A DNA stretch of 64,000 bases from assembly GCA_002407775.1 (NCBI GenBank), contig DHOP01000009.1, positions 16,457 to 80,456 on the forward strand, written 5' to 3'. This document shows, in pieces, positions 35,568 to 44,337 of this stretch; within the stretch, counting starts at the first letter, position 1, and each line of letters opens with the position of its first letter. The notes beneath the pieces are model-generated. The model was given only the letters and a program-made list of their open reading frames with translations, made no database searches and was not told the origin of the DNA. Source of the DNA: Prevotella sp. UBA5387. GTDB taxonomy: Bacteria > Bacteroidota > Bacteroidia > Bacteroidales > Bacteroidaceae. The translations under genes were made by a program, and so were the position numbers.

Positions 35568-36731
35568 ATGAAAAAGCGACAGATATGTATTCTCGGTAGC
35601 ACGGGTTCCATTGGAACACAGGCTTTGGACGTTATCGCCCAACATTCCGACCGCTACGAGGCTTATTGTCTTACAGCAAACAACAACATAGAAAAGCTTG
35701 CAGAGCAGGCACGGAAGTTCAATCCAGCCTGCGTTGTCATTGCCAACGAAGCACTATACGATAATCTTGTGAGTCTTCTTGCAGACCAACCAGGCATTAA
35801 GGTCTATGCGGGCAAGGAGGCATTGGCACAAGTTGTAGAGGCCGACCCAATCGATATCGTTCTTGCTTCGATGGTTGGATTTGCTGGATTGGTACCAACT
35901 ATCCATGCCATTAAAGCTCGCAAGAAGATTGCGTTGGCCAACAAGGAGACACTAGTTGTGGCTGGTGAGCTGATGCTCAACCTCGTGCAACAAAACCATG
36001 TGGATCTATTGCCAGTGGATTCCGAGCATAGCGCCATCTTCCAAAGCCTTGTAGGAGAAGAACAAAACGAGGTAGACAAGATCCTTCTGACCTGTTCGGG
36101 CGGTCCTTTTAGGCTTTTCAGCCATGAGCAACTTGCCAAAGTTACTGCGGCAGATGCCCTCAAGCACCCTACGTGGGACATGGGAGCGAAGATCACCATC
36201 GACTCTGCCACACTGATGAACAAGGGGTTTGAAGTAATGGAAGCTAAGTGGTTATTTGGCGTTCCTGCCGACCACATCGAAGTATTAATACATCCTCAGA
36301 GTATCGTCCATAGCGGGGTTCAGTTCAAAGACGGTGCGGTGAAGGCTCAACTTGGTGTGCCCGACATGCGTTTGCCTATCCAATATGCCTTTTCATACCC
36401 CGAAAGACTGCCTCTAAATGGTGATTTTCTTGACCTTTTCAAAGCCCAACAGTTAGAGTTCTTCAAGCCCGACATGGAAAAATTCCCGTGTCTCGCCCTT
36501 GCTTATGATGCCATCCGTCAAGGCGGAAACATGCCCTGTATTCTCAATGCAGCCAACGAAGTGGCCAACGCAGCGTTCAGACGGGGAGAATGTTCATTCC
36601 TTGGCATAGCAGAAATCATCAGCAAGACTATGACAAAAACGACTTTTGACGCCATCCCCGACCTTGACATTTATCTGCAAACAGACAGCGAGGCTCGTGC
36701 CATCGCCACTGAAATATTGAGAAACAAGTAA
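35568..36731 (+). CDS. dxr: 1-deoxy-D-xylulose-5-phosphate reductoisomerase
   Basis: Start at ATG 35568 (MKKRQICILGSTGSIGTQALDV NADPH-binding motif). LANKETLV, DSEHSAIFQ, NKGFEVMEA. Confidence 0.9.
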   Translation: MKKRQICILGSTGSIGTQALDVIAQHSDRYEAYCLTANNNIEKLAEQARKFNPACVVIANEALYDNLVSLLADQPGIKVYAGKEALAQVVEADPIDIVLASMVGFAGLVPTIHAIKARKKIALANKETLVVAGELMLNLVQQNHVDLLPVDSEHSAIFQSLVGEEQNEVDKILLTCSGGPFRLFSHEQLAKVTAADALKHPTWDMGAKITIDSATLMNKGFEVMEAKWLFGVPADHIEVLIHPQSIVHSGVQFKDGAVKAQLGVPDMRLPIQYAFSYPERLPLNGDFLDLFKAQQLEFFKPDMEKFPCLALAYDAIRQGGNMPCILNAANEVANAAFRRGECSFLGIAEIISKTMTKTTFDAIPDLDIYLQTDSEARAIATEILRNK

Positions 36732-36766
36732 TTTATAACATACAAACACAAGCGACAAATTTGCTC

Positions 36767-38200
36767 ATGGAAATATTTTTGATAAAGCTACTACAATTCA
36801 TTCTGTCTATCTCTCTTCTCGTTTTGCTCCACGAGGGCGGCCATGCGCTTGCCTCAAAACTCTTCGGAGTGAAGGTCGAAAAGTTTTTTATCTTCTTCGA
36901 TGTCTCTATAGGCAAGTGGTCAGGTAAACTCTTTAGCTTCAAACCTAAGGGCAGTGCTACTGAATACGGCATGGGTTGGCTACCACTTGGAGGCTATTGC
37001 AAGATTGCCGGAATGATTGACGAGAGCATGGATACCGAACAGATGAAGAACGATCCACAGCCTTGGGAATTTCGCACGAAACCGGCTTGGCAGCGCCTCA
37101 TCATCATGGTAGGTGGCGTAACAGTCAACTTCCTGCTCGCTCTCTTTATCTATTCGATGATCATGTTCCATTGGGGCGAGAGCTACATCGCCGTGTCCGA
37201 CATGGACATGGGTATGAAATTCAATAGCGAGGCTAAAGCTCTGGGCTTTCAAGATCATGATATTATCGTTGGTACAGACAAGGGTACTTTCCGTGATTTC
37301 AATGTGGACGTCTATCGAGATCTGTCCGAAGCTACATACGCTGACGTGATTCGCGCTGGCAAGAAAGTTCGTATTCCATTACCAGGTGATCTCAATCTTC
37401 TTGATATGCTAAAGGCCACTCCAAGGTTCCTATCACCTTTCACGCCAGCAATCATCGACAGTGTACCAGCAACCATTCCCTTGGCAGACAATGAGAATGT
37501 CACTATTCCTTCCCCAGCTCATCAAATAGGGCTTGCTAAGGGTGATAAAATACTCTCGATCAATGGCAAGGCCGTGGACTCTTACAACACATTTGTTGAC
37601 GAGATAGGACGCTTGGATGACCAGCTAACCGAAGGAACAACACACCAAGACAGTATTAGGCTACGAACGATATCGCTCATTGTGGCGAAGGCCGGCACTT
37701 CAAAGGTAGACTCACTTCAGACCATCCTTACTCCCGATCTAAAGTTAGGATTTACCGCTCCCTCCTTCTTCAAGCTATATGAGAAGAAGACTACACACCT
37801 CACCTACGGCTTCTGGGAGAGCTTCCCTGCTGGTGTAACCTATGGATGGAACGTCCTTAAGGGTTACGTTAGTGACATGAAGTATGTGTTTACAGCTGAT
37901 GGCGCTAAGAGCCTTGGTGGTTTCGGTGCCATCGGAAGCCTATTCCCAAGCAGTTGGAACTGGTATTTGTTCTGGAAAATGACCGCCTTTCTGAGCATTA
38001 TCCTTGCCTTTATGAACATCCTTCCCATCCCCGCGCTCGATGGAGGACACGTGCTTTTCCTACTTTATGAGATCGTTACGCGACGTAAGCCTTCAGAAAA
38101 ATTCATGATTCGAGCCGAGTATATTGGTATCAGTATATTGATTTTGCTCATGATTGTGGCCAACTTGAATGACATCCTAAGGTGGCTTGGCGTGATGTAA
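36767..38200 (+). CDS. rseP: RIP (site-2) zinc metalloprotease RseP
   Basis: HEGGHAL (HExxH) in TM1, a PDZ-like middle region, NILPIPALDGGH near the C-terminus. Confidence 0.85.
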   Translation: MEIFLIKLLQFILSISLLVLLHEGGHALASKLFGVKVEKFFIFFDVSIGKWSGKLFSFKPKGSATEYGMGWLPLGGYCKIAGMIDESMDTEQMKNDPQPWEFRTKPAWQRLIIMVGGVTVNFLLALFIYSMIMFHWGESYIAVSDMDMGMKFNSEAKALGFQDHDIIVGTDKGTFRDFNVDVYRDLSEATYADVIRAGKKVRIPLPGDLNLLDMLKATPRFLSPFTPAIIDSVPATIPLADNENVTIPSPAHQIGLAKGDKILSINGKAVDSYNTFVDEIGRLDDQLTEGTTHQDSIRLRTISLIVAKAGTSKVDSLQTILTPDLKLGFTAPSFFKLYEKKTTHLTYGFWESFPAGVTYGWNVLKGYVSDMKYVFTADGAKSLGGFGAIGSLFPSSWNWYLFWKMTAFLSIILAFMNILPIPALDGGHVLFLLYEIVTRRKPSEKFMIRAEYIGISILILLMIVANLNDILRWLGVM

Positions 38201-38238
38201 ACATGCTATTGCCGGTTATAAAATAACTGAAAAGATTA

Positions 38239-39219
38239 ATGGATATCATTAGATTTCTCAAGAACTGGACTTTGCCGGTAGCCATTGCTACTGGCATCGT
38301 TGTTTATTTACTATTCCACTTCATACCCTTTCTGCAGCCCATTGGTCAATGGTACGAACCTTACAATGACTCGGTGCTGCCCGTCTTCATGTTTTTCATG
38401 CTCTTCGTAACTTTCTGTAAGGTAGACTTCCGCATGCTATTGCCAGTCAAGTGGCATCTGTGGATAGGCCTACAGCAAATTGTCTTTGTACTTACCATCA
38501 TGGGAGCAATTGTCGGCTTTGGCATCACAGGCAAGGCATTGATCTTACTTGAGGCCGTTCTCGCTAGTATTATCTGTCCGAGCGCCACTGCCTGTGCAGT
38601 AGTAACGCAGAAGCTCGGAGGCAGTTTGGAACAGACAACAACCTTTACTTTCATCTCCAACATTATCTCCGCGCTGCTCATACCAATCTGTTTTCCCTTA
38701 CTTCCTCAGACCTCAGCAAGCGTTGCTCAAGTGGAATTCATGCCTCTTTTCCTAAGAATTCTTTGGCAGGTAAGCATCGTGCTCCTGCTCCCCATGGTGA
38801 TGGCGTATATTGTGAAGCATTATTTTCATAGTCTGCACCGACGCATCATTAGCATCAAGGACTTTGCCTATTACCTCTGGGCGGGATCACTCGTCATTGT
38901 AACGGGTACCACAATGATGAATATCTTTAAGGCAGAGGAACACTCCACCTTGATTTTCCTCGGTTCCATCGGAATAATGAGCCTCATCCTTTGTATCATA
39001 CAATTTGCCACAGGGCGCTTTATAGGACATTATTTTGGCCATGCCATCGAGGCAGGTCAGAGCCTAGGACAGAAGAATACATCCTTTGCCATTTGGGTAG
39101 CCACTGCCTTTCTGAATCCCCTCTCTTCAGTAGGGCCTGGTTGTTACATCCTTTGGCAAAACATAATCAATTCTGTTGAGATATGGATGGCAAGGAAGAA
39201 CGAAGTGATTAAAACATGA
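38239..39219 (+). CDS. Bile acid:sodium symporter (SBF-like) family transporter
   Basis: 326 aa, about 9-10 TM helices. Sequence resembles YfeH/SBF-like transporters. Assignment is by recollection only. Confidence 0.45.
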   Translation: MDIIRFLKNWTLPVAIATGIVVYLLFHFIPFLQPIGQWYEPYNDSVLPVFMFFMLFVTFCKVDFRMLLPVKWHLWIGLQQIVFVLTIMGAIVGFGITGKALILLEAVLASIICPSATACAVVTQKLGGSLEQTTTFTFISNIISALLIPICFPLLPQTSASVAQVEFMPLFLRILWQVSIVLLLPMVMAYIVKHYFHSLHRRIISIKDFAYYLWAGSLVIVTGTTMMNIFKAEEHSTLIFLGSIGIMSLILCIIQFATGRFIGHYFGHAIEAGQSLGQKNTSFAIWVATAFLNPLSSVGPGCYILWQNIINSVEIWMARKNEVIKT

Positions 39220-39357
39220 TATTTTAGGGTATAACCAATAATTGCGACTTGCTCAAACCGTGCTTTATTTCATCTGTTTTCATGAATCACTAAATTTAGA
39301 TTGATTTTTCGAGATTTTATAATAAACCACCTTTCCTAACATTAACAAGAACTCATA

Positions 39358-40401
39358 ATGAAGAAATTATTTTTTTCTATCCTGATTGCTACTTCAGCAA
39401 CACTCAGTGCCAATGCCCAGAATCCAATAAAGGGCAATTATGGCTATCTCTATTGCCACATGAGCGACCGTGGGGAATATACAGCCTACGCCGTAAGCCG
39501 TGATGGATACCACTATGAGGATATCCTCAACGGAAACCAAATATTTGATCCGGAGATACATGCTCGCATCGAAGGAGGCACACGCGACGCCTATATCACC
39601 CGTAGTTGGAACGGCAAAGGCTACATCATGGTGACAACCGACATGTGCGTACGCAAGAGTCACAAGTGGGACAACTATGGCATCGACCTGCTCAAGAGCA
39701 AAGATCTCATCAACTGGACATCGGTTACCGTCGATTTCCGCAAGGGTATGAGCAACTTTTCAGATGCTGCTACCGCTACACCACCCTACAAAGACTGGTC
39801 CACGATCAATCGTGTGTGGGCTCCGCAGATATTTTGGGACCCCAGCTATCAATGGTCCAATGGCAGCCGAGGAGGCTACATGATCTATTTCTCAATGCTC
39901 AACCGCCCGGAGGAACAATATGATCGCATGTATTATTGCTATGCCAACAAAGACTTTACTCAGCTCACCACTCCACGACTGCTATTCGATTGGGGCTACG
40001 CCACCATTGATGCCGACATCAATCTCCTTGCCGATGGCAAGTATCATATGCTCATCAAGAAGGAGGGAGGACACCCGGGCATCTACACTGCCGTGTCAGA
40101 CCATCTCACATACGGCTGGGGAGAACCTGTGGAACATGACTATGTGAGCTTTGAGGGCGACAAGAAGTGCGAGGGGTCTTCGGCCTTTCAACTCAAAGGC
40201 GATAAGACCTGGCGAGTAGCCTACATTCAGTACAGTGACAATCCCAAGCACTATCGCATCTGCAAGGCCGATGAAAACCTGCGAAACTTCCATGACCCTG
40301 TGGATATCCAAGGCGTTACAGGCCCCCAGCATGGGTCATTCATGCGGATCACTAAGAAAGAGTACAAGCGCTTGCTGGAGCTTAATGAGGAGCAAAAATA
40401 G
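39358..40401 (+). CDS. Secreted GH43-like (five-bladed beta-propeller) glycoside hydrolase
   Basis: Signal peptide. YAVSRDGYHYEDILNG, GTRDAYITR, MVTTDM, LLKSKDLINWT and VWAPQIFWDP resemble GH43-clan propeller blades with acidic catalytic candidates. Confidence 0.5.
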   Translation: MKKLFFSILIATSATLSANAQNPIKGNYGYLYCHMSDRGEYTAYAVSRDGYHYEDILNGNQIFDPEIHARIEGGTRDAYITRSWNGKGYIMVTTDMCVRKSHKWDNYGIDLLKSKDLINWTSVTVDFRKGMSNFSDAATATPPYKDWSTINRVWAPQIFWDPSYQWSNGSRGGYMIYFSMLNRPEEQYDRMYYCYANKDFTQLTTPRLLFDWGYATIDADINLLADGKYHMLIKKEGGHPGIYTAVSDHLTYGWGEPVEHDYVSFEGDKKCEGSSAFQLKGDKTWRVAYIQYSDNPKHYRICKADENLRNFHDPVDIQGVTGPQHGSFMRITKKEYKRLLELNEEQK

Positions 40402-40470
40402 TCAGTTAAACAACTAACAAAAGAACTAACAGATTACTCAATCACCTCAAAGACAGGTAATCATAGTCAC

Positions 40471-40518
40471 TAAAAAAGAGCCATTTCTATTATCATGACG
40501 ATAATTGAAATGGCTCTT
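40471..40518 (-). terminator. Rho-independent terminator (mainly for fabI; sits between convergent genes)
   Basis: 12-bp stem AAGAGCCATTTC / GAAATGGCTCTT (40476-40487 and 40507-40518), with further inner pairing. On the minus strand it is followed by TTTTTTAG. Confidence 0.7.
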
Positions 40519-40557
40519 CTAAATGTTTCGACAACACTAACGATTGTCTATTACTTC

Positions 40558-41415
40558 TTATCCATAAATGACATTACCTTCTTCGTCCATATATTCATCA
40601 AGTCCCTTTTCATAGGTAGCCATGGCACGGAGACTCATACCGATGCTGGAGAAACCACCATCATGGTAGAGATTTTGCATCGTAACCTTGCGAGTGAGAT
40701 CTGAGAACATCACCATGCAATAGTCGGCACACTCTTCTGCAGAGGCGTTGCCTAAAGGAGACATACGCTCTCCGAAGTGATAGAGCTTATCCATACCCTT
40801 CACACCTTGCCCAGCTGTAGTAAGAGTAGGTGACTGTGAAATCGTATTGATGCGGACATGACGCTCGCGTCCATAGATGTAACCAAAGCTACGTGCGATG
40901 CTTTCTAGCAACGCTTTGGCATCGGCCATATCATTGTAGCCATAGAATGTGCGTTGAGCTGCTATATAAGACAAAGCTACTACTGAACCATAATCAGCAA
41001 TTGCGTCTAGCTTCTTGGCAGACTGCAGCATCTTGTGGAATGAAATAGCAGAGATGTCAAGTGTCTTGTCGAGCATATTATAGTCGAGATCATCGTATGT
41101 GCGATGCTTACGGACATTAGGAGACATGCCAATTGCATGAAGCACAAAGTCAATCTTTCCGCCCAAAATTTCCATTGAGCGTTTGAAGACCTGCTCCAAA
41201 TCCTCCAAGCTTGTTGCGTCAGCCGGTACAACTTCACAATGCAATTTTTCAGCAAGAGCATCGATCGTTCCCATACGTACAGCTATAGCCGTGTTAGATA
41301 AGGTGATGGTTGCACCCTCCTCAACGGCACGCTCAGCCACCTTCCAGGCAATGGATTTGTCATTGAGAGCACCGAAAATAATGCCCCTCTTTCCCTTTAA
41401 TAAGTTATTACCCAT
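40558..41415 (-). CDS. fabI: Enoyl-[acyl-carrier-protein] reductase (NADH), FabI
   Basis: LKGKRGIIFGALNDKSIAW dinucleotide-binding region; SYIAAQRTFYGYNDMADAKA (Y..Y...K catalytic region). Start at ATG 41415, supported by a -7 box at 41440-41447. Confidence 0.85.
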   Translation of the reverse strand: MGNNLLKGKRGIIFGALNDKSIAWKVAERAVEEGATITLSNTAIAVRMGTIDALAEKLHCEVVPADATSLEDLEQVFKRSMEILGGKIDFVLHAIGMSPNVRKHRTYDDLDYNMLDKTLDISAISFHKMLQSAKKLDAIADYGSVVALSYIAAQRTFYGYNDMADAKALLESIARSFGYIYGRERHVRINTISQSPTLTTAGQGVKGMDKLYHFGERMSPLGNASAEECADYCMVMFSDLTRKVTMQNLYHDGGFSSIGMSLRAMATYEKGLDEYMDEEGNVIYG

Positions 41416-41439
41416 AATTTTTTTTCTGATTTGTGGCGA

Positions 41440-41447
41440 CAAAGGTA
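41440..41447 (-). promoter_or_regulatory. Candidate -7 box (TACCTTTG) for fabI
   Basis: The minus strand reads TACCTTTG, 25 nt upstream of ATG 41415. Confidence 0.45.
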
Positions 41448-41623
41448 ATCATTAAATCAGAAATTATGAACAATTTATCGAAAAAACAGACCAATTTTGA
41501 ATCCTTCAGGATCTTTAACTCTTTGTTTAATAGCCTAATTACACCTGTCAGTAATATTCGTCGTAACTCTTTTAAGCCTAAGTAGCTTTCCTATTCGCCC
41601 CATTATATCTATGAGATGGGATT

Positions 41624-41708
41624 GTGATTCAAATTGATTCACCGAGTGATTCAAATTGAATTACCGTGTGAAACAAATTGATTCACTAAGTGATTCAAAT
41701 TGATTCAC
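41624..41708 (-). repeat. Array D of the repeat family (4 units, inverted orientation)
   Basis: Plus-strand units start at 41624, 41646, 41668 and 41690: GTGATTCAAATTGATTCAC, GTGATTCAAATTGAATTAC, GTGAAACAAATTGATTCAC, GTGATTCAAATTGATTCAC. Exact 22-bp period. Confidence 0.95.
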
Positions 41709-41965
41709 ATACTCATATGGCACGCAATCATGTTAGATAAGAATGGAATTGCCAATCGAAAAACTACTTCTAACCACAATAAAACAATGAGAATGAATAG
41801 GGATAATTTCAATTATATAAAGTATTAAAAAGAAATCACAGCGTAGAATAGTCAATTTTTACGCTATGAAAATTATCTTTATTATTTAAACATTGCTCGA
41901 AAATCCAATATTTATTGGTAAATATCGATAGTGTTCCCGATTGATATAATACTTTTTCTAACGAG

Positions 41966-43486
41966 TTATCGCCCTATCACCTTTATCGTCCTATTACCTT
42001 GCCGCACAATGTAAACCTGACCAGAGTGCATGGAATCCATCCGCTGACCTTGAAGATTGTAGATCGACATTGCAGTCGCGGCATTATCTAAAGGAACTCC
42101 AATATTTGTCACAGCACCAGAAATATTGATGGTATAGGTCTTGAATATTTTAAGATCCTGAGATGCAACTGTGACGTGAGCAATTCCTCCGTTGGTCGTC
42201 TGCTCCATGGTAGTTACGATTTTTGCACTGTTTGTATTCACTGATATATCGTCAACGGTAACGGGCAAGCTAGTGTTATTTACATAAGTCATGGTGTCTG
42301 CAAGGACCAAAGGTTGGTCTTTTATCTTCATTTCGCTCACACTAATATCCTGATTGTAAATCAAGCCAAGGTCGTCAACATAGAGAGAGTCGATACTCCC
42401 CTGGCCTGGAGCAGCATTGGTGGACAGTGTTACGAGAATAGCACGGGGCTGTAGACTAGTATTATTGTAACTAAAGGGCACGCTGATGCGTTGCCATTGA
42501 TAGTCCTTTGATACGATACTCGGATACTTGGCCGAGCCAAGCACGTTATTATAAGCCTTATCCTGCGGTTCTTGATAATATGTGCCATCAGTGACTGAAG
42601 CACTTACGGTGGCATAAGGATAGGCTGTACTTGGTGTGCCTTGCTTGAATTTCACCCACACTGCGAGCGAGTCAGGTTGGCCGTTCATCAATGAATAAAA
42701 GGGATCCCCATTGCTATCTTTAGCGGTTTTACCCATATCCAGTTCCGCATGGTTGCCTGGGTCTGTAGCCGTAATTGCACCGGCTACCATTCGACCAGTG
42801 GTCAATGTGCCGTTGGCAGTGATGCCAAAAACCTTCGCAGAGGTAAGCAATACACTCTGCTTGCCCAAGCTACCCGGGCGTATCACCGAAGACACGAAGG
42901 TATGCGGAGTACCCGAGACGAAGCTGGCAAAGTCTCCTGTACAACTGGCGAAAGAGTGCCAATGATTTGGTTCGTCTATCGTCCCTTCCTCATGAAAGGC
43001 TTCAAAGCCACTGTTTGGTATCTGATAGCCTCCGTTACCAAACGTCACAGCTATGAATTGCCCTAATGTTTTCCGCATGTCAATGTTGATCACGGCATAC
43101 AGCTGGTCTCCACGAAGCTCAGCCATGAGTCTCACTGGCACGTCGCCAATCAACGGTCCTGTCCAAGTACCGGATGGTGAAGCAATGTCTCCCTCCTTGA
43201 TTTGAATAATCTGATTGGCGACAAAAGTGGTCATGCCATTGTTAGGGACACCAACAACATTGCTAATATCAATGGTACCAACGCCCATCTGTTGACCTTC
43301 CAAGGTCAAGATGAAGTTTTTTAGTATGAATGAATAAGTGCCGTCAGTCTGCTTGTTGAGACTGGTAGTGGTCGTTTGGGTACTAATGCTGCCATTGATA
43401 TTTACTTCCAAAACATCGGTGTAGTCATTGGCGGAAGCCATGAAGACACTTGCAGCTAGTGCAAAGAGTGTAAAGAGAATTCTCAT
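41966..43486 (-). CDS. Secreted protein: calycin-like N-domain + PCMD-like domain + T9SS C-terminal sorting domain
   Basis: 506 aa. Signal peptide. N-terminal YTDVLEVNINGS...YSFILKNFIL, central IPNSGFEAFHEEGTIDEPNHWHSF (PCMD-like), C-terminal ...MSIYNLQGQRMDSMHSGQVYIVRQGNRTIKVIGR. Domain names are from memory. Confidence 0.5.
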   Translation of the reverse strand: MRILFTLFALAASVFMASANDYTDVLEVNINGSISTQTTTTSLNKQTDGTYSFILKNFILTLEGQQMGVGTIDISNVVGVPNNGMTTFVANQIIQIKEGDIASPSGTWTGPLIGDVPVRLMAELRGDQLYAVINIDMRKTLGQFIAVTFGNGGYQIPNSGFEAFHEEGTIDEPNHWHSFASCTGDFASFVSGTPHTFVSSVIRPGSLGKQSVLLTSAKVFGITANGTLTTGRMVAGAITATDPGNHAELDMGKTAKDSNGDPFYSLMNGQPDSLAVWVKFKQGTPSTAYPYATVSASVTDGTYYQEPQDKAYNNVLGSAKYPSIVSKDYQWQRISVPFSYNNTSLQPRAILVTLSTNAAPGQGSIDSLYVDDLGLIYNQDISVSEMKIKDQPLVLADTMTYVNNTSLPVTVDDISVNTNSAKIVTTMEQTTNGGIAHVTVASQDLKIFKTYTINISGAVTNIGVPLDNAATAMSIYNLQGQRMDSMHSGQVYIVRQGNRTIKVIGR

Positions 43487-43521
43487 ATCGAATTATGTTT
43501 AATTGTTTATTTCTACCCTAA

Positions 43522-44277
43522 TTATTTGATAGTGTAAGTGAGACCAATTGTTCCAAAGATGGGGTATAAAGTTTGTTCGATAACCTTGAAGTCGCCATTG
43601 TGAACTCCACTGAGCCCCCAACTTAGATCAGCGTATGCACCGAGACGGTCGCGCAAATGCAGATCAGCACCAAGAGCGACACCACACTGCATTCGACGCA
43701 TATTGTCTGAAAAGTCGTAACTGCCCCGATTTTCCACATCATTGCCTAGAATTACCTTGGGGCCTGTGGGGTCTCCCACCCGCAGATAGCCGTTATGAGC
43801 ATATCCAGTAAATGACTTACTAGTGAGATAAGATACGTATGGACCTACTCGCAAGTTGAGATGAGCATTGGCATGCCACACTGCCTGCAATGGAACAGTG
43901 AACATCCATTCGCGCACAATGGTCGTCACGTCACCCGTAAAGCGACCTTCAAGACGCTCACTTCCTCGCTCAATTTGCTCGTAATAGTTCTTTACACGAG
44001 CATCCTCGTTCATTCCCTTGTTCTCAAAATGAAGTCCAAGAAGCAGGCTCCACTGTCCTTTTATCGGCTTAGCTGCATCAACTCCAATACTCAAGTTAGG
44101 CTGTAGACGATAGTTGTTTAGCCCACGGATTGTGGCAGGAAGGCCCACCGGAGCAACACCACCGATGCTATACCCCAAACGACCCTTCCAACCGACATCG
44201 TCGAAGATGTCGCTTGCCGATGCAGTCAGACTCAGAAGAGTGAGACATATACTAAATATGATATTACGGACAGGCAT
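43522..44277 (-). CDS. Outer membrane beta-barrel protein
   Basis: 251 aa. Signal peptide and alternating amphipathic strands (GVDAAKPI, LLLGLHFENKG, GVALGADLHL, AYADLSWGL). Confidence 0.55.
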   Translation of the reverse strand: MPVRNIIFSICLTLLSLTASASDIFDDVGWKGRLGYSIGGVAPVGLPATIRGLNNYRLQPNLSIGVDAAKPIKGQWSLLLGLHFENKGMNEDARVKNYYEQIERGSERLEGRFTGDVTTIVREWMFTVPLQAVWHANAHLNLRVGPYVSYLTSKSFTGYAHNGYLRVGDPTGPKVILGNDVENRGSYDFSDNMRRMQCGVALGADLHLRDRLGAYADLSWGLSGVHNGDFKVIEQTLYPIFGTIGLTYTIK

Positions 44278-44337
44278 AACAATAACTGAATTCTTATAAT
44301 TCCATATAACAGGAAGGCATTGACGGTGAAGACAATG

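Noticed and set aside
40495-40704. 69-aa plus-strand ORF
   Set aside because: It starts inside the terminator hairpin at 40476-40518 and then runs antisense to the 3' end of fabI. Spurious.
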